From NCBI GenBank assembly GCA_964525635.1, contig CAZGJX010000069.1, forward strand, positions 1 through 23,680: a stretch of 23,680 nt of DNA, in the 5' to 3' direction. Below are positions 1-9,019 of the stretch, piece by piece (within the stretch, counting starts at the first letter, position 1; each line of letters starts with the position of its first letter). The translations under genes were made by a program, and so were the position numbers. The DNA comes from an uncultured archaeon. Lineage in GTDB: Archaea; Asgardarchaeota; Lokiarchaeia; Sigyniarchaeales; SOKP01. The notes beneath the pieces are model-generated. The model did no database searches. It saw only the letters and a program-made list of their open reading frames with translations, and was not told where the DNA came from.

Positions 1-114
1 ATTGACATTTTTAATTACGCAAAACCCTGACAAAAAATTTGTCCACATAACAAAATATATAAAAAAAAAAGAAAAAATATTTTTTGATGAAATAAAAAAG
101 GAAATACCCCTTTA

Positions 115-327
115 TTATTTTAAATTCATCGCCAAATTCATATCTACGTCAGTTAATTTCTTTCTTCCTGCATGTCTTGTCATTTCTAATGCTTTATTTG
201 TCATTACTTTAGCTAATTTCTCTAAATAATCAATTAAAGCATCTACAGCATCTCTTGCAACCATTTCTGCTCCATTATCTTTCATTAGTTTGCGAATTGG
301 CGACCATGCAAAAACTTTTTTAGCCAT
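115..327 (-). CDS. Archaeal histone (HMf-like single histone fold, no N-terminal tail)
   Basis: 70 aa with a histone-fold pattern: SPIRKLMKDNGA..VARDAVDAL...A.HAGRKKLT..D..LA. A GGAGG SD lies at 338..342 (minus strand). Confidence 0.93.
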   Translation of the reverse strand: MAKKVFAWSPIRKLMKDNGAEMVARDAVDALIDYLEKLAKVMTNKALEMTRHAGRKKLTDVDMNLAMNLK

Positions 328-858
328 TTTATTTATTCCTCCACAATTATATTTTTATAGGTCTTGTTGAAGTTTAAATATATTACTATAAACTTCCTTA
401 TATAATAATACTCATTACAAATATATAAATATTGTGCTAAATCTTCCAAAATAAATAATTGGGTTAATAATTTTATAAATTTCAACTGATCGACAAAAAG
501 CTGAAGTCATTGAAGAACCAATGCATACATAGTTCTGAGCGATTAGATCAGAGATTTTTCTTTTATTTATAAAATGTAGGGTCTCTGATTGATTATATGA
601 ATTAGACTCTCCTAAATAGGGTTCTGGAATATTATTCCAACCAATCCTTATTAATAAGTAATTAATATCAAATCTTTACTAAAAAAGAATTATCTATTAT
701 TGATATACTGAATAATTGTGTAAAGATATTAAAGTCAATATTTAGAAAAAATCATATTAGTCATATTTCGTTTCACAAATTTATTTTAGGATTCTTAATT
801 TGGAAAATTAATTTTTAATTCTCAATAGAAATAATAATAGATAATAAGGAATTTTATT

Positions 859-1926
859 TTGAAAAAAAAAATAGCAATAACTAAAGGGGATGGGATAGGT
901 CCTGAAGTTGTTAATGAGGGAATAAAAATATTAAAGACAATTTCTAATTATACAGATATAGAACTTGAGTTTGAAGAAGCTCCTGTCGGTGGTAATATAT
1001 GGAAAAAAACAGGAGAAAGTTTGCCAGAAAAATCATTTGAAATAATAAAAAAATCAGATGCAATACTTTTTGGAGCTATCGGAATGCCAGATTTACCTCA
1101 AGGAGTTGCAGAATCAGCTATTTTAAGATTGAGACAAGAATTAGACCTATATGTAAATCTAAGACCAATTAAGCTATATGACCAATTAAAAGATCGATGT
1201 CCACTTAAAGAAGAATTTATCGGTGATGGTATTGATATTATAATAGTTAGAGAAAACACAGAGGGTCTTTATGCTAATATAGGAGGTTTTTTAAAAGATG
1301 AAGTTGCTGTAAATAGTATGATTTATACTAAACAAGGATGTGAGAGGATAATAAAATATGCTTATGAATTTGCTAAAATACATAAACATACAAAAATCAC
1401 TTCTGTTGATAAAGCAAATGTTTTAAAACCAAGTCAAATGTGGAGGAATATTTTTAAGGATATTGGAGAGCAATATTCAAATATAGAACAAGAAAATTAT
1501 TATATTGACGCATTTTGTCAATGGTTGATTCGAACACCATATAATTTTCAAACAGTTGTAACAGGAAATTTATTTGGTGATATCATCAGTGATGAAGGTG
1601 CCTTTATTGTGGGTAGTCTAGGGATGGCTTCAAGTGGAAACATCCATCCCGGTCAAGTATCTTTATATGAACCGATACATGGTTCAGCCCCAGATATTGC
1701 TGGACAAAATATTGCAAATCCCATAGGAACTATTTTAAGTGTAAAACTAATGATGGAAGAGTCTTTTAATATGCAAGATATAGGAAAAGAAATTAATAAG
1801 GCAGTTGAAATTTCTCTTAATAAAGGTAGAACTATAGATATTAAAAATAAAGAATTAAAAACACTTTCAACTCAGGAAATGGGAGATTTAATTTCTAATA
1901 TATTAAAAAACCAATTAAAAGTGTAA
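859..1926 (+). CDS. leuB: 3-isopropylmalate dehydrogenase (isocitrate/isopropylmalate dehydrogenase family)
   Basis: Motifs GDGIGPEV, LRQELDLYVNLRP, RENTEGLY, VDKANV, NLFGDIISD and EPIHGSAPDIAG. TTG start with AAGGA upstream. Exact substrate within the family is not certain. Confidence 0.85.
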   Translation: MKKKIAITKGDGIGPEVVNEGIKILKTISNYTDIELEFEEAPVGGNIWKKTGESLPEKSFEIIKKSDAILFGAIGMPDLPQGVAESAILRLRQELDLYVNLRPIKLYDQLKDRCPLKEEFIGDGIDIIIVRENTEGLYANIGGFLKDEVAVNSMIYTKQGCERIIKYAYEFAKIHKHTKITSVDKANVLKPSQMWRNIFKDIGEQYSNIEQENYYIDAFCQWLIRTPYNFQTVVTGNLFGDIISDEGAFIVGSLGMASSGNIHPGQVSLYEPIHGSAPDIAGQNIANPIGTILSVKLMMEESFNMQDIGKEINKAVEISLNKGRTIDIKNKELKTLSTQEMGDLISNILKNQLKV

Positions 1927-2090
1927 TTCTTCAAAATTATAAGATTAAATTTCTTTATATAAAACTATTATTACATTCTTGGCATATATGAATAGAAAAT
2001 TAACTTATTTATATTTAAAACTTTTAATTCATATTAGATAATAATATTGAAAATAAGAGAATTTAATAAAAAAAAAAGAATAAATTTTAG

Positions 2091-3113
2091 CTATTTTTGG
2101 GTTTTTTTATAAAATATTATTATAAATATCGATGTAATCATAGTAATTATGAATATATTGAGCTCATATCCCGGTATATCTGATGATTTAGGTATGTTAC
2201 CAACAGTAATTTTTATTATTGCTCCACATGTATTATTAGCCGCATCATAAGCTATTATTTCTAATCCATATACATCTAATTCTAATATTGTATTATTAAT
2301 GATCAAACCCGTATTACTATTAATATAAAATGAATCAGTATCATTAATCTCATATCGGTCGATAGTTCCTAAATCATTAGCATGGACATTGTAAGTAAAG
2401 TATGTACCTGGTTTTACAATTTGATTTGATGGAGTAGGATCCCAAAAAGGATCTAGAATATCTTTAAATCGAGCATTTGAATCCATAAACGTAAAATTAT
2501 AACTTTCAGAACCACCGGCAAAAACGAATGTACCATTTATTAGAAATCCATCAATTTTATCATACCACGCAATTCCTCCGAGATTATCTAAATCTTTTAG
2601 TTCCCATAGTTCTATGGGTCCATATCCCGGTAAATTATATGTTAATTCATCTGTTACATTAAAAGCATGATCACCTTCTCCATCAACAGAAATTGGGATT
2701 TCATCACCTGCAGAGCAATTTGTAAAAATCCAAAAGGGTGTATGAGTGTCTACTTCAAAACTAATACCAACCTGACCGTTCATAATTCTTGTATCTATAT
2801 CTGTAATCCAAGTGCTATATTCAGGTTCTCCAGCAGTGACTGTCCAGGCTACTCCATAAAAATTTTCAGTTTGTTTAGAATAAGTGATATCTGAGGTTCC
2901 ACTTTCATCTGAGAACTCAATGACATGTCTTATATTTAAACCATCAAAGAAATAATTTTCTATCTGAGATATTTTTAAGTTATCTGAAAAGGAGGTGGTT
3001 GTTGTATCTTTGTTCATATTCATTGAGTTAAAATTTGAAAATGAAAATAATAGAATTAAAATGCATGAAATTATAGATATATATTTTAATTTGTTTAAAT
3101 TGAAAAATCTCAT
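2091..3113 (-). CDS. Secreted surface protein with a cadherin/Ig-like domain and a Loki-CTERM (PGF-CTERM-like) anchor
   Basis: N-terminal hydrophobic signal. Cadherin-like segment FTYNVHAND...FYINSNTGLI...YGLEIIAYDAANN...IKITV. C-terminus is IPGY + hydrophobic helix + KKTQK. Several N-x-S/T sequons. Confidence 0.75.
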   Translation of the reverse strand: MRFFNLNKLKYISIISCILILLFSFSNFNSMNMNKDTTTTSFSDNLKISQIENYFFDGLNIRHVIEFSDESGTSDITYSKQTENFYGVAWTVTAGEPEYSTWITDIDTRIMNGQVGISFEVDTHTPFWIFTNCSAGDEIPISVDGEGDHAFNVTDELTYNLPGYGPIELWELKDLDNLGGIAWYDKIDGFLINGTFVFAGGSESYNFTFMDSNARFKDILDPFWDPTPSNQIVKPGTYFTYNVHANDLGTIDRYEINDTDSFYINSNTGLIINNTILELDVYGLEIIAYDAANNTCGAIIKITVGNIPKSSDIPGYELNIFIITMITSIFIIIFYKKTQK

Positions 3114-3311
3114 TCTTAAGTCATCTAATTTTATTTTATAGTAGATTTTTTTTTATTATTTATAAATTAATTTTTATAAATAATATAATTAAGAATTTAT
3201 CTTGATATTTAAGGATTTAAACATTTCTATGATAAATAAATGAATAAAAATTAATATTAACATGATTTTATTTTTTAATATTATATTCATAAAATTTAGA
3301 ATGTTAGAAAT

Positions 3312-4184
3312 ATGGGATTTAAAGAAATGAATAAAGCCTACAAGGCTTCAGCTAAAATTATGGAAAAAAGAATGGAAAAAGAACACTCTATAGACTTAGA
3401 GATTCTTAAAAAGGTTAAAGAATCCTCTATAATTATAGTTGCAGGCACATATGATAGAGTAGAAAATGTTTTAGATATGATCAATGTTCCATAGGTTTTA
3501 ATTCAGCCAAATGAAATTAACCAAATTGAATTAAAATCTGATCAAATATTAATTATTAATTGTCCAGGAAAAATTAAGCAAGGTTTGGAAAAAATAAAAG
3601 AGTTTGTTGAAAAAGGGGGATTTTTATTCACAACAGATTGGGCATTATTAAATATTTTAGAGAAAATTTTTCCAGAATATGTTAAATATAATCAGAGACC
3701 AACAGGAGATGATTGTGTAGCAGTGCAAGTTGTTGATAAAAATAATAAATTCTTAGAAGGATTATTCAAAGCGGATGAGGAACCTATTTGGTGGCTTGAA
3801 TCTTCGTCATATCCAATATATATAGTCAATGAAGAGAAAGTAAAAGTATTAGTTAAGAGTATGGAAATGAAAGAGAAATATGGTGAAGACCCTATTGTTA
3901 TTATTTTTAATTATGGTGATGGAGGTACTATATTACATATGACTAGTCATTATTACCTTCAACGAGCGGAATTAAGGTCAGAAAGACATAAAGCAACAGC
4001 AAAAAATTATGTTATGAATGAAATGGGATTTACTGCTAAAGATGCAGAAGAGATTAATGAGGAGTTAAAGGATTTAACTCTTGGAGAAGCTGAATCTGCT
4101 TATTCAACTACTCAATTTATAAGTAATGTTATTGTTGAACAACAAAAAAAAGTAGAACTGAGAAAAAAGGAAGAAGAAAAATAG
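3312..4184 (+). CDS. 290-codon protein interrupted by one in-frame TAG (codon 61); class I glutamine-amidotransferase-like/ThuA-like fold suspected; either recoded or a fresh pseudogene
   Basis: The two track ORFs share a frame (3585-3312=273). After TAG 3492..3494 the frame continues VLIQPNEINQIELKSDQILIINCPGKIKQGLEKIKEFVEKGGFLFTTDW with no other stop until 4182..4184. Confidence 0.8.
3492..3540 (+). other. RNA hairpin beginning at the in-frame UAG
   Basis: 3492..3506 TAGGTTTTAATTCAG pairs with 3526..3540 TTGAATTAAAATCTG: 15 contiguous pairs (12 Watson-Crick, 3 G-U) around a 19-nt loop. Confidence 0.6.
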
Positions 4185-4206
4185 AAAATAATAGATTATT
4201 AATGGA

Positions 4207-5766
4207 TTATAATAAACTACCGATTGTACTAAACATCACTTTTAATTGGTCAAAGATTTCAAGTCTATACTCATTTCCAATTTTAAAAAAGAGAAGTGAA
4301 ATCATCTTTTTTTCTAAATATTCATTTATATTAAATTGCTCTAATATACTAGACCAATCAGTTGTCTCATTTACTCGGATTCCAATCAATATAACCTTTT
4401 TTTCCTCTATATCTTTGATGATTTTTATTACAATTTCCCTCCATATTGAAGGTACTTGTGTTCTGTTTCTTGCATCAAAAACACAAAATACAGCATCTGA
4501 ATTTTCAATATCTATATTATCATAGATATTATTCTTCAAAACCAATCCATTTGTATAATTATATAATCGTTCCTTTAGTTCTTCTATTGACTTATCTAAT
4601 TCAAAATCTGAAGCAATTGAATTTAAAATCTGCAAACCTGGACTCCAATATTGATTTTCTGTTACAAAAGAAATAATTAATTTTTCTTTTTGAGATAGAA
4701 TCGAAGTTATCTCAGATATTATATCTTTCTTTAATCTTTCTTCTTCAAATTCTTTATTTTTAATAATATAATGATAAGAGATTAATCTAAAAGCATCAGC
4801 TATATTTTCTCCTGTTAAAGCACTTGTTTCGATATATGAAACGGTTGCAACTCCTTTTTCACTTAGTTCATTTGTAATCCTTACACCTTCCTGATAATCA
4901 ACAACTCTTTGTTCTTTCAAATCCGATTTGTTCCCCACGATTACAATTGGTAGTTCTTCTGTATTCAAAAATTCATCAATTTCTTCAAACCATTCATTTA
5001 TTACATTATATGAATCTCTATTTGTTAGATCAAAGACTATAAAAGCCGCCTGTGCTCCTAAATAGTAAGTTTTGCGAAATCTTTTAAAATATTTCTGTGC
5101 TCCTATATCCCATATAGAAAATTTAACTGCATTACCTAGAAATTCAATAGAATGTGATAATATGTTTAAACCAATTGTCGCTCTATAATCGTGAGAAAAT
5201 TTATTATCTACAAATCTACGGACTATAGAGGTTTTTCCTGCTTCATGTTGTCCAATTATAATGAACTTAAAGCGAAATTTTCCCCCACGATCCAATCTCA
5301 TTTGGTATATCTGATTTTTTAGTCTATCTGTCCGTTTTGCTTCATATTCAAAATTAGGGATATTTAATTGGATTTGATCACCAGATTTTTCTGTTGTTAA
5401 CATTTGGGCAATTTTTTCTGCTAAAAAATAAGCATATGAAGTAACTTTATCTAATGAGGCACTTGGATCCACAACAAGACTTAACGTAGCATTATTAACC
5501 ACTGAAATAAATAATAAACGATGATCTTTAGTATCAAAACTAGCAGTTCCAAATTGCTGAAATGCAAACTCATCTCTTATTCTTTCTAAAACGGGATTAA
5601 CTATTGATGTGAGTACTGAAATAATTTCAATATCAATATCTTCTCTTTTTTCACCAAAAATTATTAATCCATCAATATCTGAAACAATTATAGCCTCGAC
5701 ATCTTTATTAACATTGAAAAAATTATCACATAACTCTTTAAACAGTAATGTTAGATTTCCAGACAA
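4207..5766 (-). CDS. Roadblock/LC7 domain + Rab-like small GTPase + degenerate second G-domain fusion
   Basis: N-terminal VEAIIVSDIDGLII roadblock signature. G1 GQHEAGKTS, G2 YRATIG, G3 WDIGAQ, G4 GNKSD, G5 ETSAL. C-terminal SDAVFCVFDARN..W...VILIGIR resembles a G-domain core. TTG start with an AGGAG SD. Confidence 0.88.
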   Translation of the reverse strand: MSGNLTLLFKELCDNFFNVNKDVEAIIVSDIDGLIIFGEKREDIDIEIISVLTSIVNPVLERIRDEFAFQQFGTASFDTKDHRLLFISVVNNATLSLVVDPSASLDKVTSYAYFLAEKIAQMLTTEKSGDQIQLNIPNFEYEAKRTDRLKNQIYQMRLDRGGKFRFKFIIIGQHEAGKTSIVRRFVDNKFSHDYRATIGLNILSHSIEFLGNAVKFSIWDIGAQKYFKRFRKTYYLGAQAAFIVFDLTNRDSYNVINEWFEEIDEFLNTEELPIVIVGNKSDLKEQRVVDYQEGVRITNELSEKGVATVSYIETSALTGENIADAFRLISYHYIIKNKEFEEERLKKDIISEITSILSQKEKLIISFVTENQYWSPGLQILNSIASDFELDKSIEELKERLYNYTNGLVLKNNIYDNIDIENSDAVFCVFDARNRTQVPSIWREIVIKIIKDIEEKKVILIGIRVNETTDWSSILEQFNINEYLEKKMISLLFFKIGNEYRLEIFDQLKVMFSTIGSLL

Positions 5767-5900
5767 GATTTTTCTCCTATTTTTTAAAAGTTTATTATAT
5801 TAAATAAAGTGACAATTTAATTAAAAAAACACTATTAAAAATAGTTATTTCTATTAGTATGATATATATATTAATATTATAAAAAACTTGATGTTATAAT

Positions 5901-6473
5901 ATGCCTTCCTGTATAATTTGTCATGAGCAAATTGATGATAGTTCAGATTCTTATGAAGAATGTCCAAATGGTCATAAATTACATATAATTTGTTTGAGAA
6001 AGTGGCTTGATCAATCATTTAATTGTCCTTTATGTAATTCTCCTTATAATGAAAATATAGCTAACAAATTTAAATTATATCAAAAACAAAAAGAAAAAGA
6101 AAAAGTTGAAGAATTAAAGTCGCAAATTATGCAAGAAAGTGTTCAAAAAATAGATAAAATTAGTAAAAAAATTAATTTCTTAAAATTAATTGAGACAATT
6201 AAACTTTTTATAAAAAATGAAGAATATGAAAAAGCTCTAGATGAATTAGATGATTATGAAGAAGAATCAGAAATTTATAATAAAGAAACTATTATTTTCT
6301 TCAGAGGAAAAATTAATTTTTTAAGAAAAAAATATGATATAGCAATCAGTTTTTTATTTAAATTAATAAAAGAAAATTTTAATTATCCTGAAGCATTTAA
6401 ATATTTAGGTAAATCATATCAAGCTTTAGGTCTTGATGATAAAGCAAAATGGGCTTTTGATCGAGTAAAGTGA
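5901..6473 (+). CDS. RING-H2 finger + TPR protein (putative E3 ubiquitin ligase)
   Basis: CIIC...CPNGHKLHIIC...W......CPLC is a C3H2C3 pattern. It is followed by a charged helix and TPR-like repeats (FFRGKINF..KKYDIAI; YPEAFKYLGKSYQALG..DKAKWAF). Confidence 0.85.
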   Translation: MPSCIICHEQIDDSSDSYEECPNGHKLHIICLRKWLDQSFNCPLCNSPYNENIANKFKLYQKQKEKEKVEELKSQIMQESVQKIDKISKKINFLKLIETIKLFIKNEEYEKALDELDDYEEESEIYNKETIIFFRGKINFLRKKYDIAISFLFKLIKENFNYPEAFKYLGKSYQALGLDDKAKWAFDRVK

Positions 6474-6520
6474 AATTAAAGCTTTTATTATCGAAAAATA
6501 TAATATTCTAATGTAAAATA

Positions 6521-7099
6521 ATGACAATATCTACTTTAAATAAGGAAAAAAAAAGTGTTTTGGAACAAGTTAGACAAATCTATGATTTTTTTTCTAGTAA
6601 AGAAGAATTTTGTAAATTAATACCAGAAGTTAGAACAAATATTTCAATGAGTATTCCAGAGGCTAAAAGTAAAAAAGATATTGCCGCAATTGAGGGAAGA
6701 ATTACAATTATCGAAGGATATCCAAAAGCATGTGGAGATATTAAATTTGGAGTTTCTAATCATACCGCAAGATTATTATTAAAGACTAAAGAATTTGATA
6801 ATTCAATTAATATTGTTATGAATATAAAATATACTCCAGAACTAATAGAAAAAATAAAAAATTCATCCGATTTAGAGATAAAAGAAATAAATAGACAACA
6901 ACAATCACAAAACATAAGGAATGAAGAAAATTCAACTATGCAATGGCTAATTAAGGAATGTGTTAATGAAATTGGACGTATTCCTGATATAATTTGGGAT
7001 AAGGGAGCTATAGGAAAAGAACCAATGATTCGATTATTTGGAAAACAATCTGAAGATATATTATACTTGTTAAAAATATTACTCAACTTCATTAAATAG
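6521..7099 (+). CDS. thiN: Stand-alone thiamine-phosphate synthase, ThiN type
   Basis: Motifs LIPEVRTNI, IAAIEGRI, FGVSNHTAR and PDIIWDKGAIGKEPMIRLFG. thiC is nearby. Confidence 0.88.
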   Translation: MTISTLNKEKKSVLEQVRQIYDFFSSKEEFCKLIPEVRTNISMSIPEAKSKKDIAAIEGRITIIEGYPKACGDIKFGVSNHTARLLLKTKEFDNSINIVMNIKYTPELIEKIKNSSDLEIKEINRQQQSQNIRNEENSTMQWLIKECVNEIGRIPDIIWDKGAIGKEPMIRLFGKQSEDILYLLKILLNFIK

Positions 7100-7139
7100 A
7101 GAAATTATTTACATTTTATAGAATTTATTTCATTCAATT

Positions 7140-7373
7140 TTAAGAGAAAGAATAATCTTTAGAATATAATTTATTTTTTCGCCCTTCTTTTATTAGGAAA
7201 ATTTGATTATGGTTTAATAATTTATCAATATGATATTTAATTGTATTTCGAGCTAAATTTGTTTTCATAGATATTTCTGATGATATTATTCTTGTAACAC
7301 TATTTGTAATTTTGTCTTTTACTATTTTTATTATAGTTCCCTTCTTTTTTTCATCAGAATTTATATTTAACAT
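7140..7373 (-). CDS. Small winged-HTH protein, possibly a truncated regulator remnant
   Basis: SSEISMKTNLARNTIKYHIDKL....I...KEGRKNKLY fits a wHTH pattern. The start is uncertain. Confidence 0.55.
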   Translation of the reverse strand: MLNINSDEKKKGTIIKIVKDKITNSVTRIISSEISMKTNLARNTIKYHIDKLLNHNQIFLIKEGRKNKLYSKDYSFS

Positions 7374-7450
7374 AATTAGTAAATTTAAGCAAATTGTGTA
7401 TAAAAAGCTTTGAGGTACACTTTTAGAACAATTTAAGGTAAAAAAAAATG

Positions 7451-8755
7451 CTACTTTTTTTTATCTATTGCGTTTTTGAGAAGATTTATTGCACAAAATT
7501 CACCACACATACTGCAAACTTTTTCATCAATTGACTTTCCATTTCTAGAATGAATTTTATCTGCCATTTCTGGATCAATTGAGCATTTTATCATATTATT
7601 CCAATCTAAATTTTTCCTAGCTATATCCATATCATAATCCCATTTTGATGCCCGTTCTCCATATTTAGCAATATCAACAGAATGAGCCGCTATTTTTGAT
7701 GCAATTACACCTCTCTTTACATCTTCTTTATTTGGTAAAGCTAAATGCTCCGAGGGAGTTACATAACATAGGAAATCTGCACCAGCTAATCCTGCAATTG
7801 TACCTCCAATAGCACTAACTATTTCATCATAACCCGGAGCAATATCTGTGACTAATGGCCCTAATACATAAAAGGGAGCTTCATTACATAAGGATTTTTG
7901 AATCCTTATATTTTCTTCAATTTGGTTAGCCGGTACATGTCCAGGTCCTTCAACCATAACTTGTATATTTGATTTCCAAGTTTTTTTTACTAAATTTGAA
8001 ATTTCCATTAACTCTCTTATTTGAATATAATCTGTAGAGTCAAATATACAACCAGGGCGACATCCATCCCCCAGTGAAAGAGTAAAATCATATTCTTGTG
8101 CCATTTCAAGTAAATAATCATATTGTTGATAGAATGGATTTTCTTTTTTATTATGGAGCATCCAAGCGGCTAAAAATGTTCCCCCCCGAGAAACAATTCC
8201 CATAGTACGTGGATGATCTACTAAATAATCAATTATATTTTTTGTTAATCCTGCATGGATGGTAAAAAAATCTACTCCTTCTTTAGCTTGTTCTTCTAAA
8301 ACATTGAAAAAATCATCTTCATTCATATGAATAATTGCTCCTTTTGTTTCTAAGGCTCTTAATGCAGATTGATATATTGGTACTGTTCCTATAGGTACAT
8401 TAATTCTCTCTAAAATCCTTTTTCTAATTAGTTTTATATCGGATTCTGTAACTCCAGTGCTTAAATCCATGATTGTATCTGCACCATACTTAACAGCAAC
8501 CTCAGCCTTCTCTACTTCTTCTTCAATATTAAAAACAGTTTTGCTGGAGCCAATATTTGCATTTATCTTTATAAATAATCCTTTTCCAATACCAATTGGT
8601 GATTTGAGTTCTCTTTTATTTGATCTAGGGATAATTATCCTTCCGTTTGATATTCCTTTCCTTATAAATTCAACGTCTAAATTTTCCTTTTTTGCAACTA
8701 ATTGCATTTCTGTTGTTATTTTTCCATCTCTCGCTAGTTTCATTAATGTTGTCAA
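7451..8755 (-). CDS. thiC: Phosphomethylpyrimidine (HMP-P) synthase
   Basis: Motifs KINANIG, GADTIMDLSTG, GTVPIYQ, GIVSRGG, SLGDGCRPG, MVEGPGH, LCYVTPSEHL and the C-terminal Fe-S motif CSMCGEFC. TTG start with GAGGA upstream. Confidence 0.96.
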   Translation of the reverse strand: MTTLMKLARDGKITTEMQLVAKKENLDVEFIRKGISNGRIIIPRSNKRELKSPIGIGKGLFIKINANIGSSKTVFNIEEEVEKAEVAVKYGADTIMDLSTGVTESDIKLIRKRILERINVPIGTVPIYQSALRALETKGAIIHMNEDDFFNVLEEQAKEGVDFFTIHAGLTKNIIDYLVDHPRTMGIVSRGGTFLAAWMLHNKKENPFYQQYDYLLEMAQEYDFTLSLGDGCRPGCIFDSTDYIQIRELMEISNLVKKTWKSNIQVMVEGPGHVPANQIEENIRIQKSLCNEAPFYVLGPLVTDIAPGYDEIVSAIGGTIAGLAGADFLCYVTPSEHLALPNKEDVKRGVIASKIAAHSVDIAKYGERASKWDYDMDIARKNLDWNNMIKCSIDPEMADKIHSRNGKSIDEKVCSMCGEFCAINLLKNAIDKKK

Positions 8756-9019
8756 TAGAGTTTATCCTCGATATAATCATTCTTTTATATTTGTTATCTA
8801 TTAAAATAATATGATTAAGATTATATTTTTTTTCCCTTAGTTCTAAATTATATACTTTTTCTATTATTCAAGATATAAATGAAAATTATAAAGAATTTAG
8901 AGCTTTCTAAATTAAGAACAATTCATTCAAAGAGTCTTTTTCTATAATTATGGTAATGTTGATTTTTATTTATGAAACCTTAAATAAAATTAATAGTATA
9001 AAGGTATATTGATGTTAAA

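Noticed and set aside
2-229. Plus-strand 75-aa ORF
   Set aside because: Antisense shadow of the histone gene plus a low-complexity A-tract.
508-541. SECIS interpretation of the TGA-AGAAC…GTTCT-GA hairpin
   Set aside because: The stem is only 5 bp and no UGA-containing selenoprotein frame is adjacent on that strand.
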